Positions 36,646 to 45,272 of a stretch of DNA of 45,272 nucleotides are shown here, one piece after another (position 1 is the stretch's first letter; each line of letters starts with the position of its first letter). The notes under the pieces are model-generated. The model had not been told where the DNA came from and did no database searches. It worked only from the letters and a program-made list of their open reading frames with translations. The stretch spans positions 1 to 45,272 of the forward strand of contig CAZYCC010000002.1 of assembly GCA_964645985.1 (NCBI GenBank), written 5' to 3'. Made by a program: the position numbers and the translations under genes. Origin of the DNA: an uncultured Lachnospiraceae bacterium (GTDB lineage: Bacteria; Bacillota; Clostridia; Oscillospirales; CAG-272).

Positions 36646-39513
36646 TTAGCGCGTTTCCCCGAAGTCCTGCGAGAGGATTTTCGCGCAGCGCTCGCAGAGG
36701 AAGCCGTCGGGGGTCTTCACGCCCGCGCGAACATATGTCCAGCAGCGCCCGCACTTGCACCCCTCGGCAAGGAGAACCCGCACGGAAATGCCGCTTGGCG
36801 TGCCGGTGAGCAGCGTCATCTCATCGCCTGCGGGAGCGCCCTCGGGAGAGGTGAGCGACTCCTCGCTCAGGGTAACCTCCGAGACGATGAAGACCGTCGG
36901 CAGCTCCTGCGCAAATTTGGTGAGCAGCGCGCGGTTCTCCTCGCTGCCGGGGAAAATCACGACGTGCGCTTCCAGAGATTTGCCGATGCGCTTCTCCGCC
37001 CGCGCGATTTCCAGCGCCTTCATCACATCCTCGCGCAGATCGAAGAGCCGGTCGTAGTCGGCGTCGGCGCCGCGCGCGAGCGCGTCGTCCTGCGTGGGCA
37101 GGTCGTTTAGGAGGACGTGCGCCGCGTTTTCTTCCGCGCGGTGGGGCATCGCCTGCCAGATCTCATCTGAGGTGAAGGCGAGGATCGGCGCGAGCAGGCG
37201 CGAAAGGCCCGAGAGGATTGTCCACATCGCGCTCTGCGCCGAGCGGCGCTCGCGCGAGCTCGCCCTCTCGACATACAGGCGGTCTTTCGTGATGTCGATG
37301 TAGAGCTTCGACAGGTCTACCGTGCAGAAATTGAGAATTTCATGCGTTGCCTGATGGAAGGTGTAGCTCTCAAAAGAGCTGCGCACAACGCCAACGAGGC
37401 GGTTATAGCGCGCGAGCACCCACCGGTCGATTGGGAGAAGCTGCTTTGGCGGCAGCAGGTCTTTGTTCGGGTCAAAATCGTAGAGATTGGCGAGCAGGAT
37501 GCGCGCGGTGTTGCGAATTTTGCGGTAGGCATCCGAGAGCTGCCGGAAAATGCCGTCAGACGCGCGTACGTCGACCTGATAATCGGCGGACGCCGCCCAC
37601 AGCCGCACAAGGTCGCCGCCGTATTTGGCGACCATCTCCTCCGGCAATATCGAGTTGCCAAGCGACTTGTGCATCGCCTTGCCCTCTCCGTCGACGACCC
37701 ACCCGTGCGTTAGCACCGCGCGGTAGGGCGCCTCGCCCGACCCCGCCCCCACCGAGGTGAGGAGCGAACTCTGAAACCAGCCTCGGTACTGATCCGCGCC
37801 TTCTAAGTATAGGTCGGCCGGAGCGGGCATTCCCGCCTCCGCTCGCAGAACGGCGAAGTGGCTCGAGCCTGAGTCAAACCACCCGTCGAGCGTGTCCTCC
37901 TCGCGGGAAAAGCGCGCCCCGCCGCAGTGCGGGCAGGTGTAGCCCTCAGGCAGGAGCTGCTCAACCGGTTTTTCATACCACGCGTTCGAACCTTCCCGCG
38001 CGAAAATCGCCGAAACGCGCTCGATGGTTTTCTCATCGCAAAGCGGCGCGCCGCAGTCCTCGCAGTAGAACACCGGGATAGGCAATCCCCACCGCCTCTG
38101 GCGCGAGATGCACCAGTCGGCGCGGTCTCCCGCCATCTGCGCGATGCGCTCTCCGCCCCACGCGGGGATCCACTCGACCTTGCGGCAGGCATCGAGCGTC
38201 TTTTCGCGAAATGCCTCAACCGAGCAGAACCACTGCGGCGTCGCGCGGAAGATAATGGGAGACTTGCAGCGCCAGCAATGCGGGTAGGAGTGGGTGATCT
38301 CCTCGCTCGCGAAGAGCGCGCCGCTTGCCTCAAGGTCCGCGAGGATAGCGGTATTCGACTCGGTAGTGGTCAGCCCCGCGAACTTCCCCGCCTCGTCTGT
38401 CTGCCGCCCGCGGTCATCGACCGGGACAACGACATTGATGCCGTATCGGCGGGAGGTGACGAAGTCGTCCGCGCCAAAGCCGCCCGCCGTATGCACGCAG
38501 CCGGTGCCAGAGTCCATTGTCACATAATCCGCCATCGTCAAAAGCGAGGCGCGCGGCAGGAAGGGGTGCTGCGCCGTCATATACTCAAAGCGCGCGCCCG
38601 GGAGGGTCGCTACAATCTCGTAATCGTCAATGCCGCCCGCCTCCATCGTCACGGCGGCGAGCCGCTCCGCGACAATGTAGGTCTCGTTCTTCTCGCGCGC
38701 GTGCACAAGCGCGTAGCTTTCCTCCGGGTTGAGCGTGATCGCTTGGTTGCCGGGCAGCGTCCATGTCGTCGTTGTCCAGATGACAAAATAGGTGCGCGAG
38801 AGATCGGTATAAGGCGAGAGCAGCCCCTTATCGTCGAGGACGCGGAACTTGACATAAATCGAGGTGCAGGGGTCGTCCTGATACTCTATTTCCGCCTCGG
38901 CGAGCGCGGTCTCGTCCTTCGGGCACCAGTAAACAGGCTTCAGCCCCTTGTAGATGTACCCTTTTTGGTACATTCGCCCGAAGACTTTCACCTCCTCCGC
39001 CTCAAAGGCGGGGTCCATCGTCAGATACGGATGCTCCCAGTCGCCGGTGACGCCGAGCCGCTTGAACTGTTCGCGCTGAATATCGACATAGCGCGAGGCA
39101 AAGTCTTGGCACTGCGAGCGAAACGCCGGCACCGACATCTTCTTGCGGTCGAGCTTGTTCTGCTTAATAATCGCCGACTCGATAGGCATGCCGTGGTTGT
39201 CCCATCCGGGGACATAGGGCGCGCGAAAGCCTGTCATCGACTTGTATTTGACGATGAAGTCTTTGAGAATTTTATTGAGGGCGGTGCCCATATGCACTTT
39301 GCCGTTGGAAAAGGGCGGCCCGTCGTGCAGAATAAAGGTCGGCTTGCCCTCGCCGCGCGCTTGCATCTGCCCGTACAGATCCATTTCGTCAAAGCGCGCG
39401 AGCATTTCGCTCTCGCGGCGCGGTAGATCCGCGCGCATCGGGAAGTCGGTTTTCGGGAGGTTGAGGGTCGGGGAGTAGTCCCGCGCGGGGCGCGGTGTCT
39501 GCAGGGATGGCAT
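36646..39513 (-). CDS. ileS: Isoleucyl-tRNA synthetase
   Basis: From the ATG at 39513: MPSLQTPRPARDYSPTLNLPKTDFPMRADLP, PFSNGKVHMG (HIGH region), GKAMHKSLGN (KMSKS region), C-terminal Zn ribbon CGRCW...CERC. The upstream 56 codons of the track ORF overlap the leader. Confidence 0.97.
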   Translation of the reverse strand: MPSLQTPRPARDYSPTLNLPKTDFPMRADLPRRESEMLARFDEMDLYGQMQARGEGKPTFILHDGPPFSNGKVHMGTALNKILKDFIVKYKSMTGFRAPYVPGWDNHGMPIESAIIKQNKLDRKKMSVPAFRSQCQDFASRYVDIQREQFKRLGVTGDWEHPYLTMDPAFEAEEVKVFGRMYQKGYIYKGLKPVYWCPKDETALAEAEIEYQDDPCTSIYVKFRVLDDKGLLSPYTDLSRTYFVIWTTTTWTLPGNQAITLNPEESYALVHAREKNETYIVAERLAAVTMEAGGIDDYEIVATLPGARFEYMTAQHPFLPRASLLTMADYVTMDSGTGCVHTAGGFGADDFVTSRRYGINVVVPVDDRGRQTDEAGKFAGLTTTESNTAILADLEASGALFASEEITHSYPHCWRCKSPIIFRATPQWFCSVEAFREKTLDACRKVEWIPAWGGERIAQMAGDRADWCISRQRRWGLPIPVFYCEDCGAPLCDEKTIERVSAIFAREGSNAWYEKPVEQLLPEGYTCPHCGGARFSREEDTLDGWFDSGSSHFAVLRAEAGMPAPADLYLEGADQYRGWFQSSLLTSVGAGSGEAPYRAVLTHGWVVDGEGKAMHKSLGNSILPEEMVAKYGGDLVRLWAASADYQVDVRASDGIFRQLSDAYRKIRNTARILLANLYDFDPNKDLLPPKQLLPIDRWVLARYNRLVGVVRSSFESYTFHQATHEILNFCTVDLSKLYIDITKDRLYVERASSRERRSAQSAMWTILSGLSRLLAPILAFTSDEIWQAMPHRAEENAAHVLLNDLPTQDDALARGADADYDRLFDLREDVMKALEIARAEKRIGKSLEAHVVIFPGSEENRALLTKFAQELPTVFIVSEVTLSEESLTSPEGAPAGDEMTLLTGTPSGISVRVLLAEGCKCGRCWTYVRAGVKTPDGFLCERCAKILSQDFGETR

Positions 39514-39677
39514 ACAATATCCTTTCGAAAAAAGCGAGAATCTCGCAAAAAAGCATCGCGCCCGCCAAAAAGCGAGAGCGGAAAGCTCCGCGCGAGCGCG
39601 CCGGGGTAACATCAGCGGGACCGATCGCGCGCGGTCACACCATCGGGGAATGTCGGTGGGAGCTGCCCTGCGGGCGT
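39514..39677 (-). promoter_or_regulatory. ileS leader with terminator-like hairpin; only a partial T-box-like match
   Basis: On the minus strand: gcgag-att-ctcgc followed by tttttt, immediately before the RBS. An upstream tctcgc could pair alternatively with gcgaga. GGTGTGACCGCG (about 39632-39643) matches the T-box core GGTGGTACCGCG at 10 of 12 positions. No Stem I or specifier elements found. Confidence 0.3.
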
Positions 39678-40745
39678 TCACACCGCCGGGGTATCGCCGC
39701 CGGGATCGGGAGAAGCGGTGTCGCCCGTGGGAGCGGGCGCGCTCGGAGCGGGGTTGCTCGCCGAAGCGGCGTTCGGCGCAGCGGCGCTCGCTGCGGCGGG
39801 GTCGCTCGGAGGCGCGGAGGGGTCGGTCGCCGAATCGGCGGGCGGATTTTCCGGTGCCTCGACGGGCGGTTCGGAGGGAGGCTCGGCGGGGGAGGGGTCG
39901 GGGGTCGGCGGGGGTTCGTGGGAGGTGGTCTTCGCCGCGTCCTCGTCCGAGTGCGCCGCCTTTTCTTTCTCGTCGAGGATGGCGCGCAGGCTGTCGATGG
40001 TCGCGTCGAGCGTGTCCGGGTTGTCGAGCGCCCCCGCCGGTATGCGCACATCCGCCTCGGTAAGGCCCTTGCGCTTCTCTTTTCCACGTGCCTTGCGGCG
40101 TGCGCCCTTCTTGCCGGAGGAGGGCGCTTCTTCCTCGGGGGAATCTGTGGGAGGGCTCTCACGGTGATCGCCCTGCTCCTCTCCGCTCTCGCGCACCGAA
40201 TAGGCGCGGTCGGCGGCGGCGGCGATGTCGAGCTTCATCTGCTCGAGCAGCTCGCTCGCGTAGTCCTCCTCGGTCTTCTCCCACTCGGGCTCGCCCTCGC
40301 GGCGCGGCGCGATCTCCTCGATATAATGCAGGCTCAGCTGAAACTGCCGTAGCGCATTCTCGCGCAGCGCGTCGACGCTCGCGCGAAGCCGATGCAGCGT
40401 GACGCGCTCCTCGTGCACCTTGCGGCGAAACTCCACGAGCGTGCGGTCGCAGTTCTCCTTTGCCGTGCGGGTGATGAGGTCGGCACGCGCCTGCGCCTCG
40501 GTGATCATTTTCTCCTCCTCGCGCTGCGCGTGAATCATCGCGCGCCGAATGGCGTCGCTGTTCTCCTCAAGCGAGGCGAGGCGGTCCTTTGTCGCCTGCA
40601 GTTCGCGCTCGACCTCATCGCAGTGGCGGTAGAGGTCGGTGTATTTTTCAAGGAGGAAATCGATATGTTCGTCCACTTCCGCGGTGTTGTATCCGCGCAG
40701 GCTGTGGGAAAATTCCTTTCCCCGCAATTCGTGAGGAGGAAGCAT
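39678..40745 (-). CDS. divIVA: Cell-division protein DivIVA with long low-complexity C-terminal half
   Basis: From the ATG at 40745: MLPPHELRGKEFSHSLRGYNTAEVDEHIDFLLEKYTDLY, followed by a coiled-coil region. The C-terminal ~150 aa are Pro/Ala/Ser/Glu-rich. Position between ylmH and ileS as in Bacillus. Confidence 0.92.
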   Translation of the reverse strand: MLPPHELRGKEFSHSLRGYNTAEVDEHIDFLLEKYTDLYRHCDEVERELQATKDRLASLEENSDAIRRAMIHAQREEEKMITEAQARADLITRTAKENCDRTLVEFRRKVHEERVTLHRLRASVDALRENALRQFQLSLHYIEEIAPRREGEPEWEKTEEDYASELLEQMKLDIAAAADRAYSVRESGEEQGDHRESPPTDSPEEEAPSSGKKGARRKARGKEKRKGLTEADVRIPAGALDNPDTLDATIDSLRAILDEKEKAAHSDEDAAKTTSHEPPPTPDPSPAEPPSEPPVEAPENPPADSATDPSAPPSDPAAASAAAPNAASASNPAPSAPAPTGDTASPDPGGDTPAV

Positions 40746-40804
40746 ATGTGTCCTTTCGTTCAAAGGGATGAGTTTGCGGCCGCGCCCCGCGTGCACGATG
40801 TGCG

Positions 40805-40878
40805 GTGGATTTCGCCCCGCGCAATCGAAATTGGTAAATTCCGGTGGCGCGCGGTGCGCAGTGAATTTCGCCCCGCGC
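40805..40878. repeat. Direct repeat GTG(G/A)ATTTCGCCCCGCGC, two copies 56 nt apart
   Basis: Exact 14-mer atttcgccccgcgc at 40809-40822 and 40865-40878, extendable to 18 nt with one mismatch. Located in the ylmH-divIVA intergenic region. Confidence 0.7.
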
Positions 40879-40914
40879 GGGAATTTGCGGCGGGGAGAGG
40901 CGGCGCTATGGCCG

Positions 40915-41706
40915 TCAGTTCAGATAATGCACCACCGTAACGCGCAGGCGGCCGGAGCGTGTGCGGTTTTGCCCGCCCGTGGCAAGGCTCGTAACGTCGA
41001 AGCGCCCCGCGCCGCGCGCGCTCACGCGATCGCCCTCGCGAATAGGGGCGGCGGGGTCGCTCACCGCGATAGAATTGACCGCGAGAAGCCCTGCGCGCAC
41101 GGCATCCGCCGCCCGCTCGCGCGATAGATGCAGAATAGCGGCGGCAAGGCAGTCGATGCGCGGCGAGGCGACCGACAAATGCAGCTCCTCGGTTTTCCTC
41201 TCGGGAGTAAACCCGGCGGGGAGATCTATTTCGCGGCAGGTGACGCGCGCGCGCCCGACCCGCGTCAGGTTCTCGGTGAAAAATGGTACGAGCGCGCGCA
41301 GCGTGAAGAAAATTGCGCGCCCGCCATCCTCGCTGCATGGGAGGATGTCGCCTATGGTCTCACGCTCAACGCCGAGCGCGAGGGCGCTGCCGAGAATGGC
41401 ACGGTGCGTCATTGCCTCCCCGCCGCTAGAGCGCACCTCCATCGCCGCGACCCCGGCGAGCGCGTCAAGCGCCTCCTCGCTGTAGCCGAGCGCGGGGTCA
41501 TAAAAGAGCGGCGCGCACCGCTCCGCGCCGTCGTACCCGCCGAATAGGCGCATCGCAACGCCGGGGAAGGCGCGCGAACTTTTCTCAAGAAGGGCACACT
41601 GCTCGGGCGGCAGGAATTTTCCCGCCGCAAACCCGTCGCGCGCCGCCTCGCGCGAAAGATCCTCACACCGCCGCAATAGCGCGCGCTCGGTGGCAGTTTT
41701 GTCCAT
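40915..41706 (-). CDS. ylmH: YlmH-like S4-domain RNA-binding protein
   Basis: C-terminal S4-like RIDCLAAAILHLSRERAADAVRAGLLAVNSIAVSDPAAPIREGDRVSARGAGRF. Length and position (yggT-ylmH-divIVA) fit YlmH. Confidence 0.85.
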   Translation of the reverse strand: MDKTATERALLRRCEDLSREAARDGFAAGKFLPPEQCALLEKSSRAFPGVAMRLFGGYDGAERCAPLFYDPALGYSEEALDALAGVAAMEVRSSGGEAMTHRAILGSALALGVERETIGDILPCSEDGGRAIFFTLRALVPFFTENLTRVGRARVTCREIDLPAGFTPERKTEELHLSVASPRIDCLAAAILHLSRERAADAVRAGLLAVNSIAVSDPAAPIREGDRVSARGAGRFDVTSLATGGQNRTRSGRLRVTVVHYLN

Positions 41707-42041
41707 AAAAAAGGGAGCGAGGGCGGGAAATCGATGAGAGAGCTATGGCAATCGCAGGGGCACCTCGAGAGGGGCATCGCATGGTCGTGCAGCGCACGCG
41801 AAGCGCTGCGGATGACTACAGCCGCGCGAGGAGAAAGTCGCTTGTGTTCTCTCGACCGCGCGAAGCAGGGCCGATTTACGGCGGCGCAGCTGTTGGCGGT
41901 TTGGCCGTGCTCTACCTACCGCGCGCGCTTGACAACGCGAGCGCCCCCCCGCGCGGGCAAAGCGGCGCGGTTACGCCATGCGGCAGAGCCGCAAATCTAC
42001 ACTGTTCTCTCCCCCGCGTGCGCGAAGTAGCGCGGCGGCGC

Positions 42042-42308
42042 TCACGGCATAAACAGATCGAGCACCCAGAGGAGCAGGGTCGTGATGAGAAAAGGCACGT
42101 CGAACACCGACTCGGTGAACCAAGACATGCGGTCGCAGAGGGCGCGCACGGGCGTGATGCAGAACTCGGTGACGCAGTAGACGAAATCGACGAGGGGGTT
42201 ATCGCTGTCCGGCAGGAGCAGCGAGAGCAGCGCGCGTGCCATCATCAGGAAGCAGAGCGCTTCCACGCTCAGCGAGCAAATTTTCTCTATGAGATAAACG
42301 AAGTTCAA
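42042..42308 (-). CDS. yggT: YggT/YlmG-family small membrane protein
   Basis: 88 aa, two TM segments, ...LLPDSDNPLVDFVYCVTEFCITPVRAL... typical of YggT. TTG start with GAGGG 6 nt upstream. Confidence 0.8.
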   Translation of the reverse strand: MNFVYLIEKICSLSVEALCFLMMARALLSLLLPDSDNPLVDFVYCVTEFCITPVRALCDRMSWFTESVFDVPFLITTLLLWVLDLFMP

Positions 42309-43159
42309 GATGAACCCTCGTCAGATTGCAAAAAGGAGTACCGACCTCACCCCCCGGCAAGGTCGATGAGGGGAGGCCGCGCGGCAGACAAGGGGCAATG
42401 GAGCGCGCTCGCGAACCCCTGTGGCGCGATATGTTTCGGAAAAACGAGCGCGGGATTTTCCCGCGCGGCAGCGCGCCGCCGCAACATACCCCCGCGGGGC
42501 GCGCGGGGCGGACGAGCGGCAGCTCGCGCCACGCGGCAGCGCGGCGGCGCCTCTTGCGCGATGAGGAATTCCCGAGAGGAACACTCGCGCTTTTGTGCGG
42601 CGGCGTGAGCCGTGCGGATTGTGAAAAAAGGAATCCCGGGGGCGGGGCATTCTTGCCCCCTACACAAATCAGCGCGGCGGTGCCTCTCGCGTGAGGAAAC
42701 TCCCGCGCGTTTTGCCGCATAGGGAAAAGGCGCAAGACGCAAGGCATCACAAACCCGCGCGCTTGCGCCGCCGGAAGCCCGGCTGTCGGTGAAAAAAGAT
42801 TTTTCGTTATCGGGGGGAAAATCTCTCGCGAGCTAACCCCAATGCGCCATTGCCCCCGGCAGACCTTCGCCGGGGCGATGCCGCGCGCCGTCTCTCGCGT
42901 CATTGCGGGCGAGAAGCTCCCCCAAGCGGGCGCTCTCCCCCGAAAAAAGAGAGAACTACCGCAAACCTCCGTCGCGCTATCCGCGCGGCGCGCGCACGTC
43001 ACATGGTCGAGCGTCGTATCGAGCTGTCCGATCAGTCCATCGCGATGTTCGCGCGGCATATGCGTCGCCCACGCGCAGGGAAGACGTGACCCCTCGTTTT
43101 CCGGCAATGTCCGCACGGCGCGAACGCCTAAAACGCGGGACATTACGGGAGCGAGCGAT

Positions 43160-43425
43160 CCGCCGCCGATGAACCGCGCCATCTCCCGCGCCGCCGAATG
43201 TAGCAAGCGAGGATATAGCGCAGCGGCCGCCGCCTTTGGCGCGCGCCGCCGTGTGCAAGAGAACGGGGGCAGAATGAACTACCTGCGGAGAGATGCCGTA
43301 TTCTTCACGCGCTGTGCCGTGTGCAGCAGAGTAGGGGATCGGACGATCCGCAGTGCGGCGGCGTATTCTTCACACGCGATGCCGCCGAGGTGTCGCCAAA
43401 GAGCCGCACCATCTCGCGCGCACCG
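43160..43425 (-). pseudogene. Possible remnant of a decayed repeat-containing coding sequence
   Basis: Minus-strand translations in different frames give similar peptides. CEEYAAALRIVRSPTLLHTAQR (43374-43309) resembles REEYGISPQVVHSAPVLLHTAAR (43309-43241). AREMVRLFGDTSAA (about 43421-43380) resembles AAREMARFIGGGS (about 43194-43160). Stops interrupt every frame. Confidence 0.3.
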
Positions 43426-43587
43426 TGCCCCGCTCTCGCTCTCCCGCAAGCTCGATCATCGCGCCGGCGAGGGCGGGGAAGCGGCAAATGCTGCGTGCAC
43501 AAAAGACCGCCGCGGCATCGCCACGGCTCTTGATTTAGCCCTCCCCGCGAGCGTTACCGCGCGCGAGGTGCCGCTGCGATCATCGCA

Positions 43588-43616
43588 CCCCTCCGGGGGC
43601 GCCCCCGCGAGGGGGG
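43588..43616. other. GC-only palindromic hairpin just downstream of sepF
   Basis: cccctc-cgggggcgcccccg-c-gagggg. The inner 14 nt form a perfect palindrome. There is no U-tract, so terminator function is unproven. Confidence 0.4.
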
Positions 43617-43620
43617 ACTA

Positions 43621-44091
43621 TTAGAGATCGAACCCGTCGCTCTCGGCGGCGGCGGCGCGACGTGAGGGCTGCTTGCCCTCCGCCTTGTCGCCCGAGATCT
43701 TAACCCGGTCGGGCGTGATGACGTAGGTATTCGTCGCGACGCGGCGCACATTGCCGTGAACCGAGTAGACGACGCCCGAGAGGAAGTCGATGAGGCGTGC
43801 GGCGACATCTTTCGACGCCACCTCGAGATTGAGAACGACCGTGCGCCCGCTGAGCAGATGATCGGCGATGTCGGTCGCCGAGGTGAAGTCCTCCGGGCGC
43901 ACGACCTTCATCTCGAGCGTGGCGCTGACCTCGGAGTCCGCCGCGCCGTAGCCGCCGTCGCCCTCCTGCGGATAATTGTTATCCGCGTAATCGTCGTAGC
44001 CGTTTTGGTAGTCCTGACCGTCCGCTCCTTCCTGCGGCTCCTCGTCCTCGTAGGTGTTTTTCTTCCCTCTCCAAGAATCCAAGAATGCCAT
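43621..44091 (-). CDS. sepF: Cell-division protein SepF
   Basis: MAFLDSWRGKK..., acidic linker, conserved C-terminal core VVRPEDFTSATDIADHLLSGRTVVLNLE...LIDFLSGVVYSVHGNVRRVATNTYVITP. GGAGG RBS. Confidence 0.93.
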   Translation of the reverse strand: MAFLDSWRGKKNTYEDEEPQEGADGQDYQNGYDDYADNNYPQEGDGGYGAADSEVSATLEMKVVRPEDFTSATDIADHLLSGRTVVLNLEVASKDVAARLIDFLSGVVYSVHGNVRRVATNTYVITPDRVKISGDKAEGKQPSRRAAAAESDGFDL

Positions 44092-44291
44092 TCTGTCCTC
44101 CGTTCCAATGTCGCGTTACCGCCTCAGCCGAAGACCTACTCTCTCGCCGCGAGGGCCTCATGCGCTCGCGCAAGGCCCGCGCGAGCCTCGCCCGCCCGAT
44201 AGAGCCGGGCGACGCTACCGCACCGCGGCGCGAAAGATGTCCGCCCCGAAAAGAGCGCACAAAAATCGATTATCAATCCTCGATTTTTCTT

Positions 44292-44320
44292 ATTGTACAC
44301 CAAAGAGAACCCGGTGTCAA
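44292..44320 (-). promoter_or_regulatory. Promoter candidate for sepF (TTGACA-17 nt-TACAAT)
   Basis: On the minus strand: ttgaca (44320-44315), 17-nt spacer, tacaat (44297-44292). This implies a ~190-nt 5' UTR. Confidence 0.55.
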
Positions 44321-44394
44321 TCCCGAGCACGCACTTTTTCAAAAAATTTTATTGAGATGATTCGCGTGTAGTCACCGCTCCTCGCCGTCGCCCC

Positions 44395-45153
44395 TCACCC
44401 CGGCTCCCGCGCGCCGAAGATGCCGCTGCCGACGCGCACCTCGGTGGCGCCGCAGGCGATCGCCGGGAGATAGCTGTCCGACATCCCCATGGAGAGGATT
44501 TCCATCGACGCGCCGGGCAGGGCGATCTCCCCACGCACGAGCTTGCCGGAGAGCTCATCGAAGAGCGCACGCGTGCGCGAAAAGCCGACGCGGTAGTCCT
44601 CCTCGCGCGCGCAGCGCGGCCCGATGGTCATCAGCCCCCGCACGGCGATATGCGGGAAGCTCGAGAGCGAGGCGAGGAACTGCGCCGCCATCTCGGGCGG
44701 CACGCCTCCCTTCGCCTCCTCGTGCCCGCAATTGACCTCGACAAGGCAATCGATGGTCCGACCGACCCTCTCCGCCTGCCGGTCGAGCTCGCGCGCAAGT
44801 GAGAGACTGTCGAGCGACTCAACCATACTCACCTTGTCGATGATGTACTTCACTTTGTTGCTCTGAAGGCGCCCGATGAAGCGAATCTCCATCGCGCCGC
44901 GGTCAAGGCTGTCATATTTGGCGAGCAGCTCCTGCACGCGGTTCTCGCCGATGAGCGTGAGGCCGCACTCGCGCGCGGCGAAGTTGATAACCTGCGCCGA
45001 TCGGGTCTTTGTCGCGGCAAGGAGCCGCACTGCACCGCCGCCCGCCGCCGCTATCTCCCCGCGCAAGCGCGCGAGGTTGCGCACGATAGCCACCTTTTCA
45101 CTTTCAAAAAGATCATCCGCGCAGCCCTCGCCGCTCACAAATTCCTCGCCCAC
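44395..45153 (-). CDS. yggS: YggS/YlmE-family PLP-binding protein
   Basis: LLAATKTRS (PLP lysine context), IGENRVQEL, FIGRLQSNKVKY, MGMSDSY. The only available start is the GTG at 45153. Confidence 0.9.
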   Translation of the reverse strand: MGEEFVSGEGCADDLFESEKVAIVRNLARLRGEIAAAGGGAVRLLAATKTRSAQVINFAARECGLTLIGENRVQELLAKYDSLDRGAMEIRFIGRLQSNKVKYIIDKVSMVESLDSLSLARELDRQAERVGRTIDCLVEVNCGHEEAKGGVPPEMAAQFLASLSSFPHIAVRGLMTIGPRCAREEDYRVGFSRTRALFDELSGKLVRGEIALPGASMEILSMGMSDSYLPAIACGATEVRVGSGIFGAREPG

Positions 45154-45272
45154 TGTGCCCTCGCTTTCAAAAGATATAGTACTTTTCCGTAAAACTGCCG
45201 CCGCCTTTGCGCTATCCCGCCCGCGCTCAGCTCGCGTACTCGCCCTCGTGCAGGTTCTTCCCGTCGAGGATG

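Noticed and set aside
42199-43206. 335-aa minus-strand ORF spanning the yggT start and the 1.3-kb gap.
   Set aside because: It overlaps yggT by about 110 nt in another frame and has no RBS. Composition is Arg/Ala/Gly/Pro-rich. Only short local stretches look protein-like, and those are treated as possible pseudogene remnants instead.
45227-45272. Partial minus-strand ORF at the right edge ending ...ILDGKNLHEGEYAS-stop.
   Set aside because: Only 15 codons are visible, which is too short to identify or to distinguish from chance. It is probably the 3' end of the gene upstream of yggS, but that is unsupported.

Overview
This is a 45.3-kb chromosomal segment, probably from a high-GC Firmicutes/Clostridia-type bacterium. 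That assignment is an inference from Bacillus-like synteny plus cohesin/dockerin content. G+C looks like about two thirds by eye and was not computed.

Gene layout: two long co-directional gene blocks converge at about 22.0-22.2 kb.
- Plus block: guaB, a lipoprotein, a minus-strand cohesin-dockerin protein interrupting the block, a small Cys-rich ORF, a CapA-like lipoprotein, a radical-SAM/TIGR03936-type pair, a NifU-like/GGGtGRT pair, a lone tRNA-Pro, rimP-nusA-ylxR-ylxQ-infB, and a DUF1385 protein.
- Minus block, read right to left: yggS(ylmE)-sepF-[1.3-kb gene-free gap]-yggT-ylmH-divIVA-ileS-lspA-rluD-metG, a DUF4097 lipoprotein, two M16 peptidases, lgt, folD, a tyrosine recombinase, an RluA-family synthase, a G5/3D cell-wall protein, tRNA-Met and tRNA-Glu.
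- I found no rRNA, CRISPR array, transposase or prophage genes.

Most second-look-worthy items:
1. A run of four uncharacterised Fe-S-themed genes (radical SAM, its linked protein, a NifU-like protein, a GGGtGRT protein).
2. A secreted cohesin+dockerin protein with Cys-repeat modules and no catalytic domain.
3. Unusually long GC-rich gene-free stretches. One shows protein-like repeats in shifted frames, suggesting gene decay.
4. A near-consensus promoter followed by an early terminator-like hairpin in a ~480-nt rimP-nusA leader.
5. Recurrent ~100-aa low-complexity tails or insertions on housekeeping proteins (YlxQ, Lgt, LspA, DivIVA, DUF1385, NusA).
6. Short phased direct repeats sharing a CGCGCAAT core in two intergenic regions.

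Limits: all calls rest on reading the translations and the DNA by eye. No searches or folding calculations were run. Many long ORFs in the six-frame track are antisense or off-frame shadows typical of GC-rich DNA and were not called.
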